Positions 17,704 through 26,153 are shown, numbered from the stretch's first letter. The stretch: DNA of 64,000 nucleotides from an uncultured bacterium (GCA_963713955.1 OY970216.1:506252-570251); one strand, 5' to 3'. The notes: generated by a model not told the origin, from the sequence alone. Numbers and translations are program-made.

Positions 17704-18375
17704 ATGGGGAGGGGGATAAAACCGCAGGGGAAAGTTAAAATTAAATGGTCTCCTGCATTTGCCTACGTGATCGGGGTTATTACAACCGATGGCAACCTTT
17801 CTATTGATAAAAGACATATCAATATAACATCAAAGGATGAGGAGATGGTTAAAACGGTTGCGAAGTGCATTGATATCAAAAACAAGATTGGTCGTAAAGC
17901 AAGAGGCGGCGAGAAAGAAAAGAAATATTTCGTACTCCAATTCGGCGATGTTTTATTTTATAACTTTCTCCTCTCGATCGGCCTCACGCCGCATAAATCA
18001 AAGACGCTCCGTTCTATCGCCGTGCCTGATAAATACTTCTTCGATTTCTTGCGCGGGCATTTTGACGGTGACGGAACTTTTTATTCCTACTGGGATCTGC
18101 GCTGGAAATCAAGTTTTATGTTCTATACGGAATTTATTTCGGCCAGCAAGGCTCATATTGAATGGTTGCGGGAGAGAATATGCAACATCCTGAAAATACA
18201 CGGCCACATTACAAGAAGTGGGAATAACTCCGTGTATCAATTGAAATATGCCAAGGGGGAGTCATTGAAATTACTGGCTAAAATGTACTACAATAAGGAC
18301 GTAATTTGTTTAAGGAGGAAGAAAGATAAGGTAGAGAAAGCCCTAAAAACAGATTCAAACGCGCGGGTGTCGTAA
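17704..18375 (+). CDS. LAGLIDADG-family homing endonuclease (two-motif, single-chain type)
   Basis: Motif 1 AYVIGVITTDGNLSI and motif 2 FLRGHFDGDGTFYSY. The 3' end (stop 18373-18375) overlaps the first 15 nt of tRNA-Leu. Confidence 0.8.
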   Translation: MGRGIKPQGKVKIKWSPAFAYVIGVITTDGNLSIDKRHINITSKDEEMVKTVAKCIDIKNKIGRKARGGEKEKKYFVLQFGDVLFYNFLLSIGLTPHKSKTLRSIAVPDKYFFDFLRGHFDGDGTFYSYWDLRWKSSFMFYTEFISASKAHIEWLRERICNILKIHGHITRSGNNSVYQLKYAKGESLKLLAKMYYNKDVICLRRKKDKVEKALKTDSNARVS

Positions 18376-18447
18376 CTGGTAGCCGAGCATCCTTGAGGTG
18401 GATGTGCCCGTAAGGGCGTGGAGGTTCGAGTCCTCTCCCGCGCACCA
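18361..18447 (+). tRNA. tRNA-Leu (anticodon GAG), class II with long variable arm, CCA encoded
   Basis: GCGCGGG/CCCGCGC acceptor, 3-bp D stem TCG/CGA, CATCC-TTGAGGT-GGATG anticodon arm, 15-nt variable stem-loop, GGAGG-TTCGAGT-CCTCT T arm, ACCA. Confidence 0.85.
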
Positions 18448-18470
18448 GAATGCCGTGTTAATATATAAAC

Positions 18471-19013
18471 ATGGCCTATGAAATAGAAACGAAGGTTCTG
18501 GACATTGACGCCGAGAAGGTAAAGGAAAGATTAGTCTCATTAGGCGCTCAGAAAACACAGGAAACGATTTTACGGGTAGACTGGTATCGACCGAGGGGAG
18601 TGAAAGAAGGGGAAGATTCATGGTTTTTGCGTATCCGATCCAACAGCGAGGGGAAACACGAGGTCACATGGAAAGCGAAATCAGATATACTGGGCACTAC
18701 CAGAAAAAACAAAGAGATCAATTTTATGATTTCGGAACCGGAAAAGTTGGTCGATCTTTTTGAGGAACTTGGTCTTGAAAGGTACGCGCATCAAGATAAA
18801 GAGCGAACATCGTTTATCCTGAAGAATTGGCTATCTGAGATAGACCGCTACCCTAAAATGCCGACGTACCTCGAAATTGAAGGAGGGAGTGAAGAGCATG
18901 TGAAGGAAGCAATAACATTACTCGGCTTAGAAAAGGACCGGACGTGGGCTGAGGGTGAGCGGATTCTCATTCAAGACGTCTATGGACTGAACTGGTACGA
19001 TATGAGGTTCTAA
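18471..19013 (+). CDS. CYTH-domain protein (triphosphate tunnel metalloenzyme / CyaB-like)
   Basis: Starts MAYEIETKVLDIDAEKVKERL..., the EXEXK beta-strand motif of CYTH. A paralog lies at 47562..48137. Confidence 0.6.
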   Translation: MAYEIETKVLDIDAEKVKERLVSLGAQKTQETILRVDWYRPRGVKEGEDSWFLRIRSNSEGKHEVTWKAKSDILGTTRKNKEINFMISEPEKLVDLFEELGLERYAHQDKERTSFILKNWLSEIDRYPKMPTYLEIEGGSEEHVKEAITLLGLEKDRTWAEGERILIQDVYGLNWYDMRF

Positions 19014-19071
19014 TTTCCACTACTACAAATCGTTTGAACGTCATCCAGTTCTGTACACCAAAGTTATATAA

Positions 19072-19530
19072 TTGACTTATATGTCCGAAGAAAAAAAGAG
19101 GGTGGGTGCAGGATTTGGCGTGATTCTGGAACGTGACGGGAAAATTCTCCTCGGGATGCGCCATCCTGATCCCGATAAAGCCGACTCGGCATTCCGGAGC
19201 GCCGGGGAGTGGTCATTGCCGGGAGGGAAACTTGAGTGGGGAGAAACTCTGGAGGAGGGCGCGATCCGCGAGGTCAAAGAAGAAACCGGAATCACCATCA
19301 TCAATCCTCAGGTGATATCGGTGCACAATTGCAAAAATGAATATGCTCATTTCATGACGGTAGGACTTCTCACCCACAAGTGGGAAGGTGAAGCGAATGT
19401 TATGGAACCGGATGAGATAATAAAGTGGCAGTGGTTCGATCTTAATGATCTGCCATATCCTCGCTATTTTCCCAGCTTTGAAGTCATTGAAAATTACTTG
19501 AAAGGCAAGTTTTACATAAAACGGCTTTAG
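19072..19530 (+). CDS. NUDIX hydrolase
   Basis: Nudix box GGKLEWGETLEEGAIREVKEETGI. Confidence 0.8.
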   Translation: MTYMSEEKKRVGAGFGVILERDGKILLGMRHPDPDKADSAFRSAGEWSLPGGKLEWGETLEEGAIREVKEETGITIINPQVISVHNCKNEYAHFMTVGLLTHKWEGEANVMEPDEIIKWQWFDLNDLPYPRYFPSFEVIENYLKGKFYIKRL

Positions 19531-19539
19531 GGAAAACAG

Positions 19540-20520
19540 ATGAAAACCGTCACTCTCCACAACAAAAAAGAATTTCTCCTCCGTCCAACCAAGCCCTTCC
19601 ATTTCGATTCTACCTTTTACAAACCAGGCCATTTTACAAGCAGCGACACGAAATGGGAGCCGGGGAGAAGATGGCAGACCATGTTGTGGCAAGGAGAAAG
19701 GCTTGGCTTGATTTACGAGGACGCTGGAACCAAATCAAAGCCCAAGGTCAGAGTCAAAGTGTTTTCCAAAAAGAAATTATCTCGGGAATTTATCGAGGGG
19801 CTTAAAAAAGAAATAATCTGGAGATTCAATCTGGATTTAGATTTAACCGGTTTCTACAAGGATGTTGGCAAAGATCCTATCCTGAAACCTGCCATCAAGA
19901 GATTCTACGGTCTTCGTCCGATGTCCTATTCCTCGCTTTACGAATATCTGATCATTGATATTGTGCTCCAAAATACCGTTGTCCGGCGAAGTATCAGCAT
20001 GCTCCAATCTCTTTTTGAAAACTATGGTGTCCTCCTTGAATATGATCATCAGAAATTCTGGGGCTACTGGGAACCGAAAGCCCTCGCGATGACGAAAGAG
20101 CAAGAACTGCGGGATCTGAAAGTGGGGTACCGGGCCAAGTCCTTTATCAGAGTTTCAAAGTCGTTCGCGAAGGGCGATATCGACGAGCTCGACTTGAGAA
20201 AAAAGAGCCCGGAAGGGCAGGAGAAAATCTTGCTCTCGCTCTACGGCATCGGGCCGGCGTCGGTGGGCTATCTCATGTTCGACTGCCTTCACCACTGGGA
20301 CTACCTGAAAAACATCTCGCCGTGGGAGCAGAAAATCTATACCCACATCTTTTTCAATAAAGACCACGAAAAGCACCTCGTACCGATCGAAAAGATGCTC
20401 AAAAGATTCGAGAGATGGGGCAAGTGGAAGGGGCTCGCCGTGAACTATGTTTGGGAGGAGATATGGTGGAAGCGGAGGAACGAGCACATCCCGTGGCTCG
20501 AGAAAGAAATAAGGCTATAA
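19540..20520 (+). CDS. HhH-GPD superfamily DNA glycosylase (AlkA-like 3-methyladenine glycosylase II)
   Basis: Helix-hairpin-helix LLSLYGIGPASVGYLMF followed by an Asp-containing loop. Size and N-terminal domain fit AlkA. Confidence 0.5.
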   Translation: MKTVTLHNKKEFLLRPTKPFHFDSTFYKPGHFTSSDTKWEPGRRWQTMLWQGERLGLIYEDAGTKSKPKVRVKVFSKKKLSREFIEGLKKEIIWRFNLDLDLTGFYKDVGKDPILKPAIKRFYGLRPMSYSSLYEYLIIDIVLQNTVVRRSISMLQSLFENYGVLLEYDHQKFWGYWEPKALAMTKEQELRDLKVGYRAKSFIRVSKSFAKGDIDELDLRKKSPEGQEKILLSLYGIGPASVGYLMFDCLHHWDYLKNISPWEQKIYTHIFFNKDHEKHLVPIEKMLKRFERWGKWKGLAVNYVWEEIWWKRRNEHIPWLEKEIRL

Positions 20521-20522
20521 CC

Positions 20523-21005
20523 ATGATGATCCCACAGGACGAGTACTATAAAAACATACCGAAGAAAAGAATGGGCGCCGGAGTTCTCATCGCCGACGGG
20601 AACGACAGATTTTTATTCGTAAAACTGGCCTACAAAAATAACTGGTCAATACCGGGTGGAGTAATCGAAACCAACGAATCACCGAGGACAGCCGCGATAA
20701 GAGAAACAAAAGAAGAAGTACATATTGATCTCCAAGAGTGCATTTTCCTATGCCTCGATTACAAATCGGGTACGAGCGAAAACGGGGAGAGTCTGCAATT
20801 TATATTCTCCGGTGGTATTTTGAATGATAAGACGAAGGCCGATATAAAAGTTGACGGGGAGGAGATAGTGGAATGCAAATTTATGAAACTGGAAAAGGCC
20901 CTACCACTCCTTAGCGAAGGATTGAGGAAACGGTTGCCGAAATGCTTCGAGTCACTGAAAAGCCATAAAGTGATTTATCTAGAGGACGGCGAAGCTGTTC
21001 AATAA
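20523..21005 (+). CDS. NUDIX hydrolase
   Basis: Nudix box GGVIETNESPRTAAIRETKEEVHI. The start is taken at the ATG immediately after the upstream stop. Confidence 0.75.
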   Translation: MMIPQDEYYKNIPKKRMGAGVLIADGNDRFLFVKLAYKNNWSIPGGVIETNESPRTAAIRETKEEVHIDLQECIFLCLDYKSGTSENGESLQFIFSGGILNDKTKADIKVDGEEIVECKFMKLEKALPLLSEGLRKRLPKCFESLKSHKVIYLEDGEAVQ

Positions 21006-21007
21006 AA

Positions 21008-21859
21008 TCACCTCAATTTGAACTTCGTCGCACTCTGGAGAACCCTCGTCAAAAGATAGAGAAGAAAAACGGCGGTCGCGATGAAAAAGCTCACCGGGTA
21101 TGGTTCGTAGAAGGAAACGAAGAGACCAAACCAGGTGACCATGAGTGCGATCACAACCGAGGTCATCATGCCCCGGAACGGCCGCTTCGTGAGCCGAGTC
21201 GCAATCGCCGCCGGCGTCACCATGAGCGCGAAGATCAAAAGAACGCCGACCACCTGGACGGCAATGGATGTCGCGACCGCGACGAGGAGCATGAAAACGA
21301 CGCTGATGCCAGTTATGGAGAGTCCTTTTGCTTCCGCCACGTCCTCGTCGAGCGAAGAAAAGAGGAGTGGATGATATACTAGGGAAACGGCAAGGAGAAT
21401 CACGAAGCCGGCGACGAGCGTGATCGCGACGTTCGCGGCGCTGATTCCCAGGATCTCACCAAACAAAAGGGAATATGCTTCCGTCGCGTAGCCGCTGTAG
21501 AGACTAATGAAGAGAACGCCGAGGCCGAGCATGAACACGAGCACCGTGCCGATCTCGACATCCCGGCTTGCGGCTTTTCGGCCGAGGAGAGCCATAATGA
21601 CACCACCACCGCTCGTGAAAAGGAGAAGTCCAAAAACGGGATTGAGTCCCACGAGGACCGCGCCGGCCGCGCCGGCGAAGCCGATATGCGAGAGCGCGTG
21701 CGCCGCGAAGGATGATCTACGGAGAACCACGAAATAGCCGACGATGCCGGCTATGATCGCGACCACTGTGCCGGCCTCGAATGCATGGAGCATGAAATCA
21801 TACCCCAGCATCACTTTGAGGTCCTGAATGATATTGAAACTGAAAGCGACGGGGTTCAT
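21008..21859 (-). CDS. znuB: ABC transporter permease, ZnuB/MntB (metal ion) family
   Basis: Polytopic membrane protein of the ABC-3 family (FGEILGIS, VLLIFALMVTPAAIA). Confidence 0.8.
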   Translation of the reverse strand: MNPVAFSFNIIQDLKVMLGYDFMLHAFEAGTVVAIIAGIVGYFVVLRRSSFAAHALSHIGFAGAAGAVLVGLNPVFGLLLFTSGGGVIMALLGRKAASRDVEIGTVLVFMLGLGVLFISLYSGYATEAYSLLFGEILGISAANVAITLVAGFVILLAVSLVYHPLLFSSLDEDVAEAKGLSITGISVVFMLLVAVATSIAVQVVGVLLIFALMVTPAAIATRLTKRPFRGMMTSVVIALMVTWFGLFVSFYEPYPVSFFIATAVFLLYLLTRVLQSATKFKLR

Positions 21860-22662
21860 AGTTCGTGAGTGTGATTGTGCCCGATTTCCTCGACCCCCAG
21901 AACCGCGACCCGGCCCTCGGGATTTTTCAAAACTTCGACAGGTGCTCCGTAAAGAGAAGTAAGAAAACTGGACGTCAAAATCTCATCGGGTTTCCCGATC
22001 GCCATCTTTTCATTGGCAACGTATATGATCTTGTCCAAGACGGTCAAAAGGGGATTGATATCATGAGCGATGAGGAGCGCGGTAATATTCCGGGACCTCG
22101 TGACATTACCGATAAGCTGTGTAAGTTCACCTTGTCGGCGTATGTCCAAACTCGCCATCGGTTCGTCGAGGAGAAGCAGATCGGGGTTGCCGACCAAAGC
22201 TTCGGCGAGGAAAACACGCTGCAACTCTCCACCCGAGAGGGATCCCAGCGGTTTATGCGATAACTCTTCTCCCCCCACGGCCTTCATGGCTTCGCGGGCT
22301 TTCTGGTATTCCCCCGGGGACGATGCGTGCGGACCCCACTTGTCGCCGCTCAAACCCAATCGGACCAGCTCTATCGCTTCGATATTCATTTCATTGTCGA
22401 TAGGGTGTTTTTGGGGGATATAACCAATGCGGGGATTGCCACACTTCGGTTTCTCACCCAAAATGGTGAGACTTCCGGATACCGGGCGCTTCAAACCCAA
22501 AAGCAACCGGAAAAGGGTTGTTTTCCCGGAGCCGTTGGGACCCACAACCGCCACGAATTCTCCCTGGCCGATCGAAAAATTGGCATTCTTCCAGACCGTT
22601 TTTCCATCGTATGCAGCCACAAGATCCATGGCTGTTATGACATTTCCCAATACCTTAATCAT
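21856..22662 (-). CDS. znuC: ABC transporter ATP-binding protein, ZnuC family
   Basis: Walker A GPNGSGKTTL, signature LSGGELQRV, Walker B LLLLDEP. Confidence 0.85.
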   Translation of the reverse strand: MIKVLGNVITAMDLVAAYDGKTVWKNANFSIGQGEFVAVVGPNGSGKTTLFRLLLGLKRPVSGSLTILGEKPKCGNPRIGYIPQKHPIDNEMNIEAIELVRLGLSGDKWGPHASSPGEYQKAREAMKAVGGEELSHKPLGSLSGGELQRVFLAEALVGNPDLLLLDEPMASLDIRRQGELTQLIGNVTRSRNITALLIAHDINPLLTVLDKIIYVANEKMAIGKPDEILTSSFLTSLYGAPVEVLKNPEGRVAVLGVEEIGHNHTHEL

Positions 22663-23603
22663 TTTGAAGATAGGGCACCTTCAATCGATGTAACTTCGGC
22701 ATTCATCCAATCCTCAAAGGAGAGGGTCGGCGGCTGTATCGTCTCAGTGATGCCAACGACAGGGATGCCTTTCGTGGCCGCAAGCTTCCTCACGTTATCT
22801 GTAAGCGGGGTAACCGTCTGTTCATTATAAACCAAAACACGCACGTTGCCGCTCGTGAGCTGGTTTTCAAATTTAACGATGCTCATGGGCGATGGATTAT
22901 TGCCTTCGGCAATCGCCTGGATGAAATCAAGAGGGGAAACTAAGTTGAGTCCAGATGCAGCGGCAAGATACGAAAATATGTCTTCAGTTGCGGCGACTTC
23001 CGTCCCGCCGAACCGGTTTTTGATCTCGGCAATCTTATTCTGGTAGGTCGCGAGCGACGATGTCAATTTCGCATATTGCGCGGCGTAATAGGCAGCATTT
23101 GCGGGATCAAGCTTCAAAAGATCGGCTTCCATTCGTTTCACTGTTTCGTTCACATAATCCGGATCGTACCAGAAGTGCGGATTGTCGCCCGGCTTTTTAC
23201 CCAAAAGATCAGCGACGTTCAAAATGAGACGTCGAGGGCTCGATTCGGCGCCGAGGAGTTTGTCCATCCAGCTGTCATAGCCGGCGCCGTTTTCTATGAC
23301 ATAGTCGGCCGTCGCGATGGCCCGGGCATTCGAAGCGTTGCTCTCATATTCGTGGGGGTCCGCATTTGGATTCGCCACAATACTCAAAACCTCGACATGC
23401 GAACCGCCGATCTCAGAAACCAAGCTGCCCCAGAAGTTTTCAGCCGCGACAACTTGGAGAACGCCGCTTTGACGAGCGGGTTCGGAAGAAACGGGATGCC
23501 TCACGGCAAGAACATAAGCGATAACGGCGATTATCACTACTCCAATCACCGGATAAAGTACTTTGAAAAGATTTTTCATGTCTGCTTCCATGCTACCCAT
23601 CAC
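22659..23603 (-). CDS. znuA: Metal (Zn/Mn) ABC transporter substrate-binding protein, ZnuA/TroA family
   Basis: TroA-like periplasmic binding protein with metal-liganding His residues (NPNADPHEYE, DNPHFWYDP). The true start is probably the downstream Met (MKNLFK, 23579), which gives a signal peptide. Confidence 0.8.
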   Translation of the reverse strand: MMGSMEADMKNLFKVLYPVIGVVIIAVIAYVLAVRHPVSSEPARQSGVLQVVAAENFWGSLVSEIGGSHVEVLSIVANPNADPHEYESNASNARAIATADYVIENGAGYDSWMDKLLGAESSPRRLILNVADLLGKKPGDNPHFWYDPDYVNETVKRMEADLLKLDPANAAYYAAQYAKLTSSLATYQNKIAEIKNRFGGTEVAATEDIFSYLAAASGLNLVSPLDFIQAIAEGNNPSPMSIVKFENQLTSGNVRVLVYNEQTVTPLTDNVRKLAATKGIPVVGITETIQPPTLSFEDWMNAEVTSIEGALSSK

Positions 23604-23617
23604 TCAACCGAACGTCA

Positions 23618-23653
23618 AGTTATTTGCAAATAACTCAATCACATTATAATGTG
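23618..23653. promoter_or_regulatory. Two adjacent perfect palindromes, AGTTATTTGCAAATAACT (18 bp, 23618-23635) and CACATTATAATGTG (14 bp, 23640-23653, containing TATAAT). Candidate metalloregulator operator / promoter
   Basis: Located in the 55-bp divergent region between znuA and the 23659 membrane-protein gene. The second palindrome places a -10 hexamer 8 nt before the ATG at 23659. Confidence 0.5.
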
Positions 23654-23658
23654 ATGCC

Positions 23659-24561
23659 ATGTGGATACTTTTTGCGCTGGGCTCGCTCGTGTTTCAAGGA
23701 TTCGAGACGGTCATCGACAAAATCGCCATCGTCAAAGATAAGAACATCGACTCCCTCGCGGCATCGTTTTGGAGAGTGCTTATGTTTCTTCTCTGGTTCG
23801 TAGTCTTGGGATTGACCGGCTTCTTGGGTGTACTGAGAATAATTCTGCCCTGGCCCGTTGTCGTCTTCGCTCTGCTTTGGATAGGCGGTGCTCTTTTCTA
23901 CACATATCTTCTCAAAAACATCGAAGTGACCGGATCTTCGGCCTTGTCATACGCGTCGCCTTTCGTGTATCTCGTTATCGACACCTTCCTTTTCAAGGTG
24001 AACATGACCCCGTTCCAGATCCTCGGCATCATACTCTTGGCCGCTGGCGGGATGGCTTTCGTTCTCGAGCCTGGCAAATTGAAAATCCGTAGGGAATTTA
24101 CCTCAAAAATCTGGGGTATATTCCTGTATAATTTGGTTCTGGGAGTCGCGGAGTATTACGGTTTCAAGTACTTTCTCAATCACGCGTCTATGAACGAGGT
24201 CAGCTTCTTCGCGAGCACCTGGCTCTTAGTAACCGCCGGTTTCATGATTATCATTTCGGTGCGAAAGAAATGGGGGATCACGATGGAAACAGCACAAAAG
24301 AATCGATTCCTTGGTAAAGTAACCATTAGCAAAGGTTTGGATGCCGCCTGCTCTTGGCTGTGGCTCCACGCCATTTCAATGACGGCTGTTTCGAGAGTGG
24401 ATGCCGTGGGATCGCTCTATCCTCTCATACTCATCGGCGCGGTCTATCTCATACAGAACGTATTCGGTCTTAAAGCCGAAGAGGAATTTTCGAAGGGTTA
24501 TCTGGCATTGAAACTGATCGGCATCGCCCTCCTCTCGGTGGGAGGATTCTTAGCAGGATAG
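23659..24561 (+). CDS. Polytopic membrane protein, DMT/EamA-like transporter (tentative)
   Basis: About 10 predicted TM helices in a duplicated 5+5 arrangement. Confidence 0.4.
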   Translation: MWILFALGSLVFQGFETVIDKIAIVKDKNIDSLAASFWRVLMFLLWFVVLGLTGFLGVLRIILPWPVVVFALLWIGGALFYTYLLKNIEVTGSSALSYASPFVYLVIDTFLFKVNMTPFQILGIILLAAGGMAFVLEPGKLKIRREFTSKIWGIFLYNLVLGVAEYYGFKYFLNHASMNEVSFFASTWLLVTAGFMIIISVRKKWGITMETAQKNRFLGKVTISKGLDAACSWLWLHAISMTAVSRVDAVGSLYPLILIGAVYLIQNVFGLKAEEEFSKGYLALKLIGIALLSVGGFLAG

Positions 24562-24634
24562 ATGCTATACTGAAACTATGCTTCATAACCACAAAATAAA
24601 AACCTGGTCCGGATTCGTGAGGAAGGTTGTATCT

Positions 24635-24701
24635 CCCGGAGGATAGAGCGGAGGTTTTTAGTAGTCGCAACGTTCCGCTCTTCCGGGCGTTTTTTGTTTT
24701 T
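24635..24701 (+). terminator. Long hairpin (CCCGGAGGATAGAGCGG...CCGCTCTTCCGGG) + CGTTTTTTGTTTTT. This is either an intrinsic terminator or a riboswitch-type attenuator directly upstream of yhhQ
   Basis: The U tract ends 11 nt before the yhhQ ATG. The hairpin is about 75 nt downstream of the preceding gene's stop. Confidence 0.55.
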
Positions 24702-24712
24702 CCCACAAACCG

Positions 24713-25372
24713 ATGCAACAAACATTTCATCTGACCGAACGGTCACTCAAAAAACTCATCGTAGCACTTTCCCTATATCTTACGTCACTCTTCGCCGCCG
24801 ATACCCTGGGACTCAAAGTGATGCCATTTCTCTTTGGATCACATTTGTCGGTAGGCGTATTTTCCTTCCCCGTAGTATTCCTCATGACCGACGTCGTGGG
24901 AGAAGTTTACGGAAAAAGAGTTGCGAGGCTTTTCGTCTTCGCCGGCATTGTCGCGACGGCCCTTTTCATCGCATATTCCCTTCTTTCTCTCGCCCTGCCG
25001 TGGTCGGCCGACGGCGTGTGGGTGAAAAGCGGATACAACGACGTTTTCGGAATCTCGACGCGCATCGCCGTCGCGTCTCTCGCAGCATTCGCGATCGGTG
25101 AATATCAAGATGTCTTTTCTTTTTTCTTCCTGCGCAAGAGATGGAACGCGAAATTTTTCTGGCTCCGGTCGTTTCTCTCCGGTCTCTGGTCGCAGTTCCT
25201 TGACACAGTCATCTTCATGACCATCGCCTTCCTGGGTGTCTACTCGACGCCGCTTCTCATAAGCCTCATAATCTCCTGGTGGCTCTACAAAGTCGCGATG
25301 GGAACTCTCTATACACCGCTCCTCTACGCGGGCGTAAGACTCCTCAGAGAAAATGATAATAACACCCGTTAA
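24713..25372 (+). CDS. yhhQ: Queuosine-precursor transporter, YhhQ/DUF165 family
   Basis: Conserved FSFPVVFLMTDVVGEVYGKR and multi-TM topology typical of YhhQ (QPT) proteins. Confidence 0.7.
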   Translation: MQQTFHLTERSLKKLIVALSLYLTSLFAADTLGLKVMPFLFGSHLSVGVFSFPVVFLMTDVVGEVYGKRVARLFVFAGIVATALFIAYSLLSLALPWSADGVWVKSGYNDVFGISTRIAVASLAAFAIGEYQDVFSFFFLRKRWNAKFFWLRSFLSGLWSQFLDTVIFMTIAFLGVYSTPLLISLIISWWLYKVAMGTLYTPLLYAGVRLLRENDNNTR

Positions 25373-26105
25373 AACGCGCATATTCAGAGAAGGCGAGGAT
25401 CTCATGTCTTTTATCGTGGATCACGTCAAAAAAGTTCCGGAACGATCAATAATAGTCGTGACGTCAAAAATCGTGGCGCTCTCGGAAAAAAGAACCGCGG
25501 TAAAAGAAAATCCGAAAACCAAAGAGAAGCTCATCCGTGAAGAAAGCGACTTGGCCATCCCGACGAAATACGTCTGGCTTACTCTCAAGAACGGCATGCT
25601 TATGGCTTCGGCCGGCATCGACGAATCGAACGCCGATGGGAAATTGATACTCCTCCCGCGGGACAGCTTTAAGTCCGCCCGGATTCTCCGGAAAGCTTTG
25701 CAACAAAAATACAGAGTGAAACGCCTCGGCATTTTAATCACCGACAGCAGAACAACGCCGCTCCGGGCCGGCGTTGGCGGCACGGCACTCGGCTACGCCG
25801 GTTTCGGTGGTATACGAGACTACCAGGGTAAACCAGATCTCTTCGGCCGGAAATTCAGGTTTTCGCGCACGAATCTGGCAGACGGCCTCGCCACGGCTGC
25901 AGTCCTTGAAATGGGAGAGGGAAAGGAACGGCAACCGCTCGCCGTCATAGAAAGGGCGCCGGTCGAATTCCACGAACGGACAAACCGCAAGGAACTTTCC
26001 ATAGATGTCCGGGACGACATGTATGCCCCGTTTTTCAAAAACGGAGAAAGTCCAATTACGAAACTCGCTCTCAAACGAGGGTCGGTAAGACGAAAAAGTG
26101 GGTAA
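25353..26105 (+). CDS. CofE-like (F420-0:gamma-glutamyl ligase family) protein
   Basis: VVTSKIVALSE, SAGIDESNADG, LLPRDSFKSAR, ILITDSRTTPLRAGVGGTALG, all characteristic CofE/FbiB N-domain motifs. Confidence 0.5.
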   Translation: MIITPVKTRIFREGEDLMSFIVDHVKKVPERSIIVVTSKIVALSEKRTAVKENPKTKEKLIREESDLAIPTKYVWLTLKNGMLMASAGIDESNADGKLILLPRDSFKSARILRKALQQKYRVKRLGILITDSRTTPLRAGVGGTALGYAGFGGIRDYQGKPDLFGRKFRFSRTNLADGLATAAVLEMGEGKERQPLAVIERAPVEFHERTNRKELSIDVRDDMYAPFFKNGESPITKLALKRGSVRRKSG

Positions 26106-26153
26106 GACTTGGGCTAGCGCCCCGGAGCGCACACTTTTTCGGCTTGCCGAGCC
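26082..26153. repeat. REP/MITE-like element copy C (homologous to the reverse complement of 12941-13021). Overlaps the 3' end of the CofE-like gene
   Basis: TCGGTAAGACGAAAAAGTGGGTAAGACTTGGGCTAGCGCCCCGGAGCGCACACTTTTTCGGCTTGCCGAGCC aligns nearly full-length to the reverse complement of copy B. Confidence 0.7.

Noticed and set aside
21008-23603. znuABC region as a horizontally acquired island
   Set aside because: It appears somewhat more GC-rich than the neighbouring genes. I cannot compute composition reliably by eye, and there are no flanking repeats, tRNA or mobility genes, so it is not reported as an island.
24562-24712. Calling the yhhQ leader a preQ1-I riboswitch outright
   Set aside because: The expected short P1 hairpin plus A-rich tail of preQ1-I could not be matched by eye. 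It is kept only as a candidate attenuator pending covariance-model search.
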